Shown here: positions 46,341 through 62,619 of the stretch, piece by piece | How the letters are laid out: each line of letters begins with the position of its first letter | Numbering within the stretch: the stretch's first letter is position 1 | Assembly (NCBI RefSeq): GCF_009914755.1 | Contig: NC_060935.1 | Direction: 5' to 3' (one strand) | Length of the DNA stretch: 64,000 nucleotides | Source: the human T2T-CHM13v2.0 reference genome, Homo sapiens | The notes under the pieces: generated by a model | Database searches by the model: none | What the model saw: only the letters and a program-made list of their open reading frames with translations | Told to the model about the DNA's origin: nothing | Position numbers and translations under genes: made by a program

Positions 46341-48801
46341 TTAGCTGCGCATCATGAAGGTCTGGGCTCAAGCTCAGCACCATTTTCAGGAGAATGTACA
46401 GTATAGTATTAACACTTAGCCTCTGGTGTATTTGGCCAGTTGGGAAAAATCTATAGGGGAAAAAGAAAAGAATCTCCTTAAAACTGAAAGAAATTTGTCT
46501 AAAGACTTCATCTCTCATCAATTCAGAGAAAACAGCTATCCTGAAATAGCCGTCTGTGCATAATTTATGTGTCCATTTAAATGCCTTTTAAATCCCACTA
46601 ACCTATTTGACTCAATTTCATATGGAAGAGATTCCATACAGGTACATATGTCACATGACTTGGCAAAAGATAATTTGGTAAACATGAACAAAATCCTGAT
46701 ATGGACAACACATTTTTTTTTTTAAATTCAAGAAAACAGAGATAGCAATTGATAGTTGTAGAAAAAATGATGATGCTGTACCAAGAATAACTGTAGGTAG
46801 GAGCAGATGGTGATAACTCACTTAATGGCACTGCTTACTGCATACCATGACACGCTCTCACAGATGCACATCACCAATTTCTAAAATAACATCTCAGAGT
46901 AATGCAATCCAATGCAAGACTTTTTATGACAAAATCAATGTATCATACCGTAAGCAGCAAGAACACACACATCATGTAAGAAGCTAAAACTGTGTTTAAA
47001 GACAAACTCATTTGGTCAAAATAAGGCAAGAAAAAGAAAGGGGGAAGAAAATAAGCCTTTCTCATTCTGGAAGCCTAATCTAATTTTTTTTTTTTTTTAA
47101 TTTGGAGCCTTTGAAACTCACAGACTCCATTTGCAAACTTTTGTGGCTGTTAATTTCTCAGTTATTGGTTTTTCGCTTTATCTTCTCTAAAGAGGAAAAG
47201 AAGAAACTGCTTTTTAATTCTTTCTAGAAGATAGGGGAAAAGAATGTCGCTTTTAATGGTACTTTTTGATTAGCTTGGGATCTGAGTTCCAAATAAAGTC
47301 ACATCAAAATTAAGTATCATGTCAAATGAATCATCTTAATTTTTTTCACTTGAGAACTAATCCAGAAGCTAACTTTCATTGGTAAGCATGTACACCACGC
47401 CAAAAAATAAGATGGGCTTTTATAAACTAAGTGGGAATGAACCAGGTCCACACAGCCCTAAGATGTGGCCAATCCAGGCAAAGCTGGCTAAAAGCAGGGA
47501 TCAGAGGAATTTAGTTAAACATACTCTACCATACCCCTGAACAAGTTCTGGAGTAGATATTATGGAGTACTATGTTCTTTCTGATGCTATAAATTGCACT
47601 CTATTCACCTGTGACCAATTTTTCCAAGATCCAAATGCTTTACTTTTATATTAACTTAAGCAATCAGACGGCATTCCAATCTTAGCAATGAAATTTAGTC
47701 GTATTAGTCTCCGGTTAGATTTAACTGGTTCCTTTGTTTTTATATTTCTGCTTGACAGTTAAACAGTAGCTCTGCTCTAAAAATGATAACACAACATTGC
47801 AACACAGAAGCAAGTAAGAAATATTACATCTGTGAGTTACATCTCCTAGGTAGAAAAGGACCACACAACCATTAAGAAGCAGGAAAGCCCATATGCTTAA
47901 CTTTCAGGGTTCCTAATAATCTTAATCATCATGTCATCTCATTTCAAATTGTGTTCTTTTAAGGGCATTTTGCTATTTTCTACATTTTGACTCTTTTTTT
48001 TTTTAGCCATCATTATGAAGAGACCTGAATGATGATACTAAAACAAAGATACTATTGTGAAGGCAGGTTTCTCACCACTCCATTTTATTTATCCTGGTTA
48101 ATGACCACCAGTAAATGGGCAACTCTACCACTCAAAAGTAATCAGGCTGGGAATATGATTACTTTTTCTTGGATTTGATCCCTACTTTGTGGCATCAGTG
48201 GTGTCATTTCCTAATGCCTTCTTTTGTTCCCTATTGACATTCTCAGACATGGCATTTCATTCACACATCTGCAGAGTAAGATCCTATGACATGTTTGGGG
48301 ACAACACTAGAATTCCCTGAAGTGGCTGCTAGTATCCTGCAGCAAACCAATTTTTCATCAGAACTGCCACCAAGAACCAGGAGCGCCTGCTCTGACACTG
48401 TTCGATGGGTCTTTGCGCAGCAGCAGGAGGGAAGCACCGTGTACATACGCAGCGGATGGAAGTGCTTACCAGGCTTGTGGATTACTGCTGTATCTTTTAA
48501 AGCAGGCCCTGGATACAACTAGCTCCCACTTTCACTTTTCTGCTTCCCTTGCGTCTAACACCATCTGATGATCTAGAATATAAAATACTATCCTCTTCGG
48601 TCCTATTTAGCTCTATAAGTTATGAAATTTCTCAAATATGAACATGACCCAGAGTTCTCTATATTTTAAGTTATCTTTTGGGGCCTGCACCAACTGTACC
48701 GACTCCAAATTCAAAAACAACCTGTTTTGAATGCTGATGTCCTATAAAGCCATGATAGTTATGGTTGAAAAACATTATTCTTAAACTAAGCATTTCAAAT
48801 A

Positions 48802-49031
48802 CAGACAGTCCCCAACTTACAATAGTTTGATTTACAGTGGTACCAAAGCGATATGCATTCAGTAAGCTTCTCAATTAACTTATGATGGGGTTATGTCCTG
48901 ATAATTCCATCTGAAAAATCCATTGTAAACTGAAAATATTCTAAGTCGAAAGTGCATTTTCCACTTACGATAGTTTCAATGTATGATGGGTTTATTGGAC
49001 CATAACTCCATCATACACTGAGGAGTATCTG
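48802..49031. mobile_element. Tigger5/MER47-family MITE
   Basis: Ends cagacagtccccaacttac and gaggagtatctg; internal aacttatgatggggttatgtcctgata. Confidence 0.75.
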
Positions 49032-49076
49032 AATATGGAAGGGACCATTAGATAGATTCTTTAAAAAAAAAAAAAA

Positions 49077-49381
<305 letters not shown>

Positions 49382-49519
49382 TAACCTCACCACATTTTAA
49401 ACTATTAACAAGTATACACCATACCTCCATCAGTATTGTCAATCTAGAAACAGTATTCATCCTGGGCCCAAGCATCACCAAGGGTGCCACAGAAAGCAAT
49501 CAAAGAGACCCTTATTGCA

Positions 49520-49854
49520 CATGTGTGTGCGTGCATGTGTGTGTGCATGTGTGTGTGTGTTCAGAGACAGGGTCTCACCCTGTCATCCAGTCTGGAGTGC
49601 AGTGGCATGATCATAGCTCACTGCCTTGAACTCTTGGGCTCAAGCGATCCTCCTGCCTCAGCCTCTCAAGTCTCTGAGACTATAGGCACACACCACTATG
49701 CCCAGCTAATTTTTATGTTATTTTATTTTTTTGTAGAGATGAGATCCCACTTTGTTGCCCAGGCTGGTCTTGAACTCCTGGCTTTAAGCAAACCTTCCAC
49801 CTCAGCATCCCAAAGTGCTGAGATTATTATAGGCATGAGCCACCATGCCTGGCC
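49520..49854 (-). mobile_element. AluJ with (TG)n-type tail
   Basis: Imperfect TG/TGCA repeat at 49520-49560, then cagagacagggtctcacc... Confidence 0.88.
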
Positions 49855-50139
49855 ACTTATCTTCTTTGAATTCACATTTCAGGAATTCCTGAGGAGGGGC
49901 AGAATAATTCATTTTGGAAAGGAAAAAACCACCATGGGAACAGAAAATACAGGCATTGCACTAGTAGGAAAGGAAAAGATCTGTGTGTGTGCAGTGTTCC
50001 AGTGAAGCAGAGATAACTAAGCAATATTTTCTTTAAAGAGACACAAATGCTGTAAGGAGAGGAACAAGAGAATGACATAAAAGAACTAAAAATTAATCAT
50101 ATGGTTATTTTTCTATTATAGAACAAAACCATGTACTGT

Positions 50140-50770
<631 letters not shown>

Positions 50771-50789
50771 CATATACTGTTAGTTTCCT

Positions 50790-51051
50790 TTCTTTTTTTT
50801 TGAGACGGAGTCTCGGTCTATTACCCAGGCTGGAGTGCAGTGGTGAGATCTTGGCTCACTGCAACCTCCACCTCCTGAGTAGCTGGGATTACAAGTGTGC
50901 ACCACCACACTTGGGTAATTTTTGTATTTTTAGTAGAGATAGGGTTTCGCCATCTTGGCCAGGCTGGTCTCGAACTCCTGATCTCAGGTGATCTGTCTGC
51001 CTTGGCCTCCCAAAGCGCTGAGATTATGGGCATGAGCCACCGCGCCCGGCC
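50790..51051 (-). mobile_element. AluS with about 30-bp internal deletion
   Basis: caacctccacctcctgagtagc: the segment between two cctcc copies is lost. Confidence 0.88.
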
Positions 51052-51494
51052 TTGTTATTTTCTATTATAGTATATTTAGGCTAAGGTCTCAGACCTTGAG
51101 TGATATGTGGACAATCTGGAAAAGGAACAAAAACAATTAGAAAAAAAGAGAGGAAAAGTTAAAGGAATTTGTATTATTTGGTCTGTGAAAGAAGCCAGGG
51201 ACTTATGAAAGGATGCAGTTTAAGTGTAAGCAATGGTTTCTTAGCCTTCCATAAGGCAGGCCGGGATCTGGCAGAGAGACAGCTGATGGCTAATTACTGA
51301 GGCCCCTTCTATTTTGAACATTTTGTGAGTCTGTCTTGCACAGAGCTATTTTGCCCAGAGTAAGAAGTCATGAGCAGAAGGGATTTAGGTAACATTTCGG
51401 AACCAGACTACCATTTGGGAAGTGCCAAAACCCATTTCCAAAACCAGGTAAGGAAATTAAGAAAGAAGACTGCTCTCTTTCTAGAAAGGGTTAG

Positions 51495-52076
<582 letters not shown>

Positions 52077-52508
52077 TTATGAAAGCAAGGAAAGGGCAAG
52101 GTGGTGTCTGGGGATATCTCCCAGCTTAATGATTTTATATGTTGGGCTAACTGAGTTGCTGGTCCTCTTTCTTTCTCCTCCTTCCCATCACAACCTGATC
52201 CAGGCATAAATCTACCTTCCATTAAATTATTATCTTCTCTGACTTTCCTATTTCTCCCACTTACATGTCTAGGCTATCAAAACTTTCCCTCCCTCTCTCC
52301 CTATATCTCTTTCCTCTGTCCTTCTCTTTTTCTTGTAGCCTCCTTTCTCCCATGAAAGTGCTTTCTGCTTGTTATTAAGCAACATCACTTTTCTTCCATT
52401 AAAACAATGCTTTTAATTGCTTTTTATGTAATATTAAGCTTCTCTCTGATGTGGCCACCTAGTTTAGATTCTCTTCTATTTTTTCCTCTATACTTTAATT
52501 AAGACTTA

Positions 52509-52822
<314 letters not shown>

Positions 52823-53599
52823 AAGACTTAGGGACTTCTTTAAGAATAAACCTGCCATCCTGATGATCCCTTAATTTCCCTTTTCTATACCATAGTGACT
52901 CCTAGTTCTAGACTAGTCTATAAAGCCATCATCCCTTATTATTGAACATCCCTTCCAATAAATAATTTCTCACAGGAAGCTACTCAAGATCAGCATTATG
53001 CTATGCTGTTCCACCTCGCTTCTTAATCTTGTCATTAACACTATTAGCCAGCTGAGTAATGGTGTTCTAGAAACTTTATGAAAATAAACACACACTGCCT
53101 ATCCACAAGGAGCTTTCTCTGAAAGAGATAACAGTGACAGGAATATGTTGAAAGAAAATAATTTTCTCTGGGGCATATGTATACAGATTAAAAAAAAAAA
53201 ACAACTTTTCTCCATCTCCCAACAGAGTATGATTTCATACCACAGATACAAAGAGGTGGAGTCTTCTTCTGTCTTATCCCCACTGAATTTCTTCTTTTCT
53301 CAAACTTACTATGTCCCTTTCACACAATATGACCAATAGGAAAGTGAACATTTTAGTTGGTTTTTAGGTCAAATTCAAATACTTTCTGATGAAGTAGATA
53401 TCCCCTTTCTTCCTGCTTTAGCACCAATTCTAGACCTTCCATGATAATCGATTAGGTTAGCAGAGATGTCATCTTCCTGGTCTGAACATTTTCTTAATCA
53501 TGTATAGCTCTGGACTACAAAAGAAAAATTCCTTTACCTGAGAAGAAAATGATTCTCTGGTATCCTAAGAAAATTCCAATTTGATTATGCTCTTATAAT

Positions 53600-54050
53600 C
53601 TCATTTAAAAAATTTTCACTTTGACACAATTTCAGGGTTACAGAAAAGTTGTAATGGCACAGAAAATTCCTATATACCTTTCACCCAAATTCCCCAAAAA
53701 TGTTATCTTTACCACATTTTTTTTATTCTCCTCTCTTGCTCTCTCCACAAACACATAATTTTTCTCTGGAATTATTTGCAAGTCATAGGCATAATATGGC
53801 TTTTCATAAGACAGAGTCATCGGCAGATATGTGATGGAGCAAGTATAGGTGATGGGCTGTGACTGCTCATAGCCCATTGTAAATTAAAGTGTTTTCAACT
53901 TTTATTGTAGGCGAAGACATTTCAAAATAAAATGTTGAGGGGAAAAATCAGAAAATCAACACTGATACAATACTATTATCTCCAGACTTTATGCAGATTT
54001 TGACAATGTCCCAAGAATGTCCTTTAAGTAAAAGAGAGTCTCAGATCATG
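53600..54050 (-). mobile_element. L1MC-type 3' fragment
   Basis: caatttcagggttacagaaaagttg...cctatatacctttcacccaaattcccc...aacactgatacaatactatt. Confidence 0.6.
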
Positions 54051-56572
54051 CCAAGTTATCTAAATATATCCTGGTATCAGAGGAAGTTGGCTTTCTGACT
54101 ATTCGTACTTAGGCGAGAGACCTGGGCTAAGGTTAAACCAAAATACCAAAATATCCAAAACTTCGTTATATTTGGCTTTAAAATTTTCAGTCCTTTGGGG
54201 ATAGATATATCTATAAAATTATGTTTTGACTAAGTTTTAAAATTAAAATTCCACCCCAGCTCAGTGGCATGGGATATGTTTTGTAGTAAAATGTGCCTTA
54301 GGGGGAAACTGCCTGAGGTGGAATATTGAGGTGCAGACAATCCATGATGTAGATGTCATGCACAAGGTACATGAAAGCTGACAATGAATAGGACTTAGAA
54401 TATCATTCCAATGCTTCATGATCCTTTGCATAAACAGGTGTCAAGGTTATTTTTATTAATATACCTCTTTTTGGCCCTTTAAAATAAACCTAAGGGAGAG
54501 CATTGAGACTTTTTCTCTTGTGGAAAGCTTTAGCTACCTCTTCTCTACCCTGTTCGCCCCTCAAACAAGTTTATGTGGTAAACTGTTTCCATATTGAATG
54601 GCTGACTGTCTTTTATAATCTGAATTAGAAAATGCAAAAAAAAAATCCTTTAAAGTCAAGCAGTGGAATTAACATATGAGCAGAGCTCCTGTGGGCTTTT
54701 AAATCCGTAATTAAAAAACCTGAGACACGTTGGCTTGGCAATCGTTATTGTCTAACGTGCACAGATAGCCAAAAGGTACTGAAATGCGACATTCTGTCCC
54801 ACATGACTCACCCACTCAGCAGAGCCAGCATCACGAAGAATGCTGAGAAGGCCTTACATCTTTAAATGCCTGGCCCACCAAAGGTCTTCTCCCAGCATTG
54901 AAAAATGCCCAGAGGTCCACTGGAGAGACTGTTGAGTGTTTGGAACACAGAAAATCTGCTTTTGCTAGCATTCTCCATTTTTATGTAGGAAAAGGAATCC
55001 TTTTCTGAAAAATTAAAAGTCTGAGAGCAGGAACACACACGCACACATGCACGCAAATCATCATTCCTATCTGATGTGTGAGAGCATAGCACACAGCACA
55101 GCAATCTAGCAACGAGCCTCCCAGATTATAAATAGGCTGCCAATCCAAGCAGCAGCTGTCTCACATCACTCTGCTTTTTCTCCCTGATTTTATTATATTT
55201 CAAAGATGATGCACTGATTTCTACAAGTTTTCTCCGTGCTAACAGGTACAACATGAACAGGCCAAGGAAATTTGTTTTTAAGATTATTCACATCAAACAA
55301 TATTCCATGCTAATCTGCCATCGTTTACCTTATTTATACATGTATAAGGGGTTTAACAGGTTTGCACTCCTGCATTTTTCTGTTATAAATTAAGTCCTCA
55401 GTATTATAATTCTGCACTCAATCGCAGTCAACCAAGAAATTGCCTTTATAAAGGCAACTGAGCACCCTGCCCTTTCTGGGATGGGAAAACAGTACTACCT
55501 ACACCTGAATGCAGATGCCTGCACAGGAAACACACAAAATACAATGCAATTTGATTCAGTCTTTAATGCACACAACTCTTTCAAGAATGAAGCAAGCCAA
55601 TCAACGAAATGCACTGCTTAAGATCTTTAAAATACCCAAGTGCTAAAGACATTCTCCTTATTCACCTTCCATCACATGAAGACTAACACACAGAGCTATG
55701 AGAAGACGCCTATTGTTCCCATATGGAAAAGCTACTGTCCCAGGAATCAGTATTCAGGGGATACCTGTTAAACAATGATTTATATCTTCTTTTTATCCTG
55801 TTTTCAGCATATAATTCACACTGGAAAAATACTTAAGCCAATATTTTACTTTATTTGTAGTAAGTACATAGAAAATTCTTATTTGAACATCTCAGAACTG
55901 TCAGTCCCTATCCATGACATAGCCTATCTCATGCCAAAGGGAAGCAGCCAGCACCTACCATTTTATTTGTCAGTAAGGAATTCATTTCACTACAGCCTAA
56001 TAATACAAACAGGGTAACATTTGCTACAGTTGAAATTTAATAGGCTAGTAGCTGATTCTCTAAATTCTTGAGTTGGAAATCTCTGGGGACAATTTTTTTT
56101 TTTTTGAAGGATGGGCTTGAGGGGATACAACAAAAAAAGAATTGAAAAAGTTGTGCAAAAACTGCATTTGTATTCCTATCCCAAAAATTTCAACATTCCA
56201 AAGAGTTTGGTGTCAGGATGCAAAATTATTTCAATTTTCAAGTACATGTACTCAGGACTGTCCCTGAACTTTTAAAGTCATGGTTCTTTTGAAACAATCT
56301 CATATTAATTTCTATAAAAATAATAATACTATACATCAAAATGTTAATAGTTGAGTGTTAAGCTTACAGGCAATTCTCACTTTGCTGAACTGGCTGAAGG
56401 TTTTATGATCAAACATATTACTTTCATAATTAGAATAATAATTATACAATCTACTGCATTTTGAGGAAAAAAAGTTTTTCCCTCCTGAAACTCTAAGACT
56501 TCCTGATTCTGTTGTAATTCTCACTTTTAAGTTTACATGCTAAAATATTACTTTATACTTTAAAAGCTTGCC

Positions 56573-56871
56573 TTTTTTTTTTTTTTTTTTTTGAGACAGA
56601 GTCTCGTTCTGTCGCCCAGGCTGGAGTGCAGTGGCATGATCTCGGCTCACTGCAACCTCCGCCTCCCAAGTTGAAGTGATTCTCCTGCCTCAGCCTCCTG
56701 AGTAGCTGGGATTACAGGCGCCCGCCACCACGCCCAGCTAATTTCTGTATTTTTAGTAGAGATGGGGTTTCACCATGTTGGTCAGGCTAGTTTCGAACTC
56801 CTGACCTCATCGTCCACTCGCCTCGGCCTCCCAAAGTGCTGGGATTACAGGCGTGAGCCACCACGCCCAGC
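56573..56871 (-). mobile_element. AluSg-like
   Basis: TSD aaa(a/g)gcttgcctttt. Confidence 0.92.
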
Positions 56872-57406
56872 AAAGGCTTGCCTTTTAAGGCATTTCTAAT
56901 TTTTTATTTGCTTCAATGTGTATTACTATGCCCCAAAGGACTATATGAACACAAGTTGACTACAGACTGTTAGATCCTCTTTCATTTCTATTGGATCTAC
57001 AAATTGTACCACAAGTCTAATATTGATGCAATCATGGTTTATTAATCTGACCATTACCTTTTCAAAACAAAATGTAGCTTGCAAAAGAGTGTTATCTGTC
57101 ATGATAAGCTAAACCTTGTGGAAATTAAGGGCTTAACTCAAGAAGTCAACGATAACTTCTTGTCTCATAATCTTTGGTCAATTTTTTTGCATTTAATGTT
57201 GTGGAAATGCTCTTTCACTGATTAATTCTACTTGATACTGACTTTCACAAAGTCTAACAAATACTTGTTGAATTTTTCCTCACATAATAGGTTCCCAAAA
57301 CAATATTTTATTTTTTTCTAGAGGCCCAGCTAAATAACTGTTCTGAAAACAGACTTGTTTTTATTCTATATTCCCTTTGAGTTTAAGGATTAAAAAATTC
57401 TTCACT

Positions 57407-57687
57407 GGCTGGGCGCAGTGGCTCACGCCTGTAATCCTAATACACGGGGAGGCCAAGGCGGGCAGATCACTTGAGATCAGGAGTTCAAGACCAGCCTGGG
57501 CAACATGGTGAAACCCTGTCTCTACTAAAAATACAAAAATTAGCTGGGCGTGGTAGCGCATGTCTGTAATCCCAGCTACTTGGGAAGCTGAGGCAGGAGA
57601 ATCACTTGAACCCAGAAGGCAAAGGTTGCGGTGAGCCAAGATCGTGCCACTGCACTAGAGCCTCCGTCTCAAAAAAAAAAAAAAAAA
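57407..57687 (+). mobile_element. AluS with 3' internal deletion
   Basis: cactgcactagagcctccgtctc lacks ccagcctgggcgac. Confidence 0.88.
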
Positions 57688-58808
57688 CTGTCTTCATAAA
57701 CTATATTTCCTTAAATATGTACAACCTAAAAACCTAGCAATAAATTTCATGTCATTTCCAATAGTGCACCTAGCTTAAAAATAACAAATGTCCGTTAGAG
57801 TGCTTTTAGTTAAAAGTATTTCAACTTTACTCCACCTGCAGTTATACAGTAAAAATAATAACAAAGGCATAGAAGAAGATAAGAATGTGAATCCCTAATT
57901 GGTAGGTAAAATACTTTAATACTTACAAAAGTGTTTTAAAATTGAAGACATAATTTGGATAGTCTTTATAACTTGATTTGATAAATATCCTCCTCACTCA
58001 AATTTATTTTCAAAACTAAGTGTATTACGCTCTGTACAAGAAGAGAGCCCTGATATATACAACTAATACAGTAGGTTGTTATTCATTACGGTCTTTGGAC
58101 AAAGAATCAACGCTAAACAATAGAGCAAACTGCTGACTCTATCTGGAGAATATCTTGCTAATACATTAAAAGCTACTGCAGGTTTAGAATCCCAGCCTCT
58201 GAAAAGAGCTTATCCAGAGAATAAGACCAAGGTACATTTTTAGTTTCTATTCTGATTTCTTTAAAAGGGTGTCAAGACAATATAAAATTATTTTTTCTCT
58301 CCATAAGTTCTCTTGCTCCAATCAAGAATGCTTCTTTCATAACAAGACGATCCTGCACGATCTTTTATTCTTACCAAATGATTTGCCCAGGTTTTCATCA
58401 TTTGTCTTCTAATATTATGATCAAGAGATTATTCTTTGAACCAATGGGGGCTAATATCAGATTTCAATACCAGCATTTTAAAAAGATCCAAAAAGAGACA
58501 ACAAGGAAAGTATTCTTTTTCAGTCTCAAGTGTATAAATAAGCTACTTTTCATTAGTCTGTTCTCTGAATGTTACTAAAATTTAACTTTTATATCACCTT
58601 GAACACAAAATTCAAAAAGATTCTTTAATCCTAAAACACATATTTGTATCTTTTAAACAACTGCATCATAAACATAATAAAACCAATTTTCACTAAATCT
58701 CACATTTGCATTCAAATATTTTATGTTCCCATTCAACTATATTTACTTCAGTTTTTTTTTAATTTGTAACTTTAAGAAGGTGACGATCATTTCTTCTAAA
58801 CCACATAG

Positions 58809-58824
58809 TGTGTGTGTGTGCGTG

Positions 58825-58873
<49 letters not shown>
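58809..58873. repeat. (TG)n microsatellite with two CG interruptions
   Basis: About 32 dinucleotide units. Confidence 0.97.
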
Positions 58874-58875
<2 letters not shown>

Positions 58876-59099
58876 CCAGTAGCAATTTCTACTTTTTGGG
58901 GGAAGTGGAGGAGACTGACCAGAGAAATTGCTGATTTTAAAACAGTAGCATCTATCAATATTTGCTCACAAATAAATAAATGTCCTAAAATGCAAATAAT
59001 GCAGAGCCATAAGGAGCTAGAGCCTACACCAGTGAGTGAACTTTTACAGGAAATTCATGTACGACAAGCGATCACGTAGTAAAAGCTGTGTTCCAGTGC

Positions 59100-59400
59100 T
59101 ATACATTTTTAGCCACCCAAGCTCAAAGCCTCAGAGTCACTTATCATTCTTTCTTCCTCTACCTTGTGGCCCAGTTCCCAATAATGCCTAATCTTGTTGA
59201 TTGTTCTGCAATAATGTCCCTTCCAACCTCTTTCCATACCTTTTGTCCCTTACCAGTGTCAGAAATTGTTTCCTTAGCCTTAAGCCACAATAATATAATT
59301 CTAACTATACTCCCACACCCCATTTCTTCCTTTCCATATAGCACTGCCAGATTAATAGCAAGAAAATGTAGCTCAGATTGATTATGTCACTTCCTTGGAT
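59100..59400 (+). mobile_element. L2-like fragment
   Basis: cacccaagctcaaagcctcagagtcac...cactgccagattaat...attatgtcacttcc. Confidence 0.5.
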
Positions 59401-61247
59401 AAACAACAACAAAGAATCACAGACTATTACTGTTGGAGGGGCCCAGAGTAGGAAGGGAAGGTAATGGGAGCTGGAGCCTGGCAACAGGAACCCAAAGATA
59501 GTACACAGGACCCATGAGGTGAGGGTCTGGCAGGATTTAACCTAGTAGTTCATGCAGCCGGTACGAATTCATTCTTTTTCTTAAAAGTTGATAATAAACA
59601 TGCATAATTAGGCAGTTATGTAATTTACATTGTTTAGTTAGTGGATTCTTTTCTCTTTAGATTAATAGGCGCTCCGAGGCAGGTCAAATCAAAAAGGTTT
59701 GGCTGAGACTCTTTTTTCCTCTGGCTTTGTCTGTTAGGTCTAATAGTGTCTGGAAAAGAATGCAATAATTTTTTTCCAGAGACGTTACTAACACTATACG
59801 CAAAAGCTGGAAGAATCTGTAAGTACTCAGGGGTGACATTCACTCAAGAGACTATGGAAATGGGGTGAGACATAAATGCTTGATTAAAGTTAGCAGAAGC
59901 ATTATCAGGTACAAGGAACTGGATTGGATTGGGCCACACAGTTACCCAATTTTCCCCAATGCACATCTTTTTGTTCTCTTCCACACTAACATGAAAACCA
60001 CAGCTTTATTAGCTGATAATTTAAAACACAGTCAAAGCCCAACTCTTAAGTGCTGCTTTAAAAAGAAAACTGTTTGAATCCCTACAAATTTCTCAAAAGG
60101 AGACACACCAGAGTTTGATTTAGATAGCCTAGAGCAATGTCCTGTGTCCTTAGTTAGGATCACCCTGCTACACAAAATGATGCTAATCTCACAAAAAGCG
60201 AAAATATCATTATATTTTCCTATTTATAAATGTAATATAATTTCATTTAATTTTTTTCAAGAAATTAAAATATCATGTAATCCCTCTCAACCCCAGAAAT
60301 AAGCTCCGTTATTTCTTTCTAATATTTTTCTGATTTTATATAACAATCTGGGATCATACACTGCATAGTGTGCTACCATGTCCTTCGTTTATTTAATAAT
60401 ATGTCACGAATACATTTCCATGTGAAAATCAGTATCATCTACTTCCTTTTCTTAACAAGTGCACTCACAAATACACCAAATGTTTTTTTCAATTCTCCAC
60501 TATTATTTAAAAAAACTGTAATGAACATCCTTATAAATGTATCTTTATTCACTTATCTGAATCCTTCCTGAGAATAAATTCTTAGAAATCATGCTGCTGG
60601 GTTAAAGGGTAGCCTAATTTAAAATGTAGATTCCTATTCCAAAACTGTTGTCTGAAAAGGCTATATATACTTTCATCAATAGAGTAAGGACTGCCTGTTT
60701 GTCTATCTCTTACAAGTACACAGACTTGATACCCTTAAAATTTATCAGTTTCATGAGTGAAAAAATTTCATTATTGTTCTAATTTATAATTCCTATTAAT
60801 GAAACTGAGCATCGCTTCATATTTATTGGCCATTAATGATTTTAATATGTTTAATGATTCATACAAGAGTATAAGTACATGTGTGAATGTACATATGAAT
60901 GTATAAGTATGTATACATACATGTACATATAATCTCTAATAAACAGGCTAGTTTTGGTACCTCTGAATCCCTAAGAGCCTCTCTCTAATTGCATCCCTCT
61001 CCTTCTGCCCAAAAGGTAGTTACTATTCTGAATTTCTTCTAACTTTACCACTTATATAATTATCCATATATAATGTTTTATTAGTTTTTATGTATCCTGT
61101 GACTTGTATTTTTTCCCAAGTCTCATGAAATTCTCCATGTTGATACATATACCTGCAGTTCATTCATTTTTTAAAAACTATAGTATGGTATTCCACCATA
61201 GGAGTGTCCCATAATTTACTTATCCTATCACAGGATATTTGGACTGA

Positions 61248-61566
<319 letters not shown>

Positions 61567-61649
61567 CATTTTCTGTTATTATTAACAAGGCTGCTACAAA
61601 TATTCTCATGCAAGTCCTTCTGTATGTCTGTAAGAGTGTCTTTAAAGCT

Positions 61650-61869
61650 GCATTGTCCAATATGCTATCTATCCACTAGCCATATATGGCTATTGAGCAC
61701 TTAAAATATGGCTACCTCAAGCTGAGATGTGCTGCAAGTGTAAAATATAAACACCGGATTTCAAAGACTTAAAATTGATTTCAACTCTGTTTACTTTTTT
61801 GTAGGTGGCTGCTAGAAATCTTTTAATTACATATGTGTTTTCTGTTCTATTTCTATTGGACAGTGCTGC
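61650..61869 (-). mobile_element. MER33-like hAT-Charlie element
   Basis: TIRs ctgcattgtccaata ... tattggacagtgctg; gagatgtgctgcaagtgtaaaata. Confidence 0.8.
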
Positions 61870-62619
61870 TCTAGAGTATATATCTAGGAGGAGAACTGGT
61901 GGGTCATAAAGTATACACATCTTCAAATTTGCTAGAAAATCAAAAATTGTTTTCCAAAGTTGTTGAACAATTTTATATTCCATTCAGCAGTGTATAAGGT
62001 TTCTTGCTGCTTATCCTTGCCAATGATTGTTGTTGGATATTTTAATTTTTGCCAATCTGTCAGAAGTAAAATGATATCTCACTGTGGTTTTAAATCTCAT
62101 TTTCCTCATTACTAATAAAACTAATCATCTTTCACATATTTACTGTCCACTGATGCTTCCTATTCTGTAACATATACTAGTATTTTTACTTCTGCTGTGA
62201 GTTGCCTTAATATTAGTGCCCCCACCCCCCCCTTGCATACTTTTCCCTTGGGAGGCTCATACTTTTCTTAGAGATTCATAAGAACTCTTTATATGTAAGA
62301 CTAATAACCCTTTGTCACACATGTGTTAAAAATATCTGTCTTGAATTTTTTATTGCTGTTTTTGCAATTTTGCTTTTACTGCCTTTGCCTTAAATAAGGT
62401 TTCTCTTCTTTCTTTTATCCTCTTATGTTATTAGGTCCTTTCCTGTATGGTTTCTGGTCTTCTTATCATACTAAGGAAGGTCTTCCACACTCCAAGATAA
62501 AAAGAACAAAAAAACTGTTTTCTTTTAGTATTTTTATAATGTTATATATTAAATCTCTAATCCACTTTAAATTTGTTTTTTAGTATGATGTAAAACAGAG
62601 ATAACAGCAGACAAAAATT

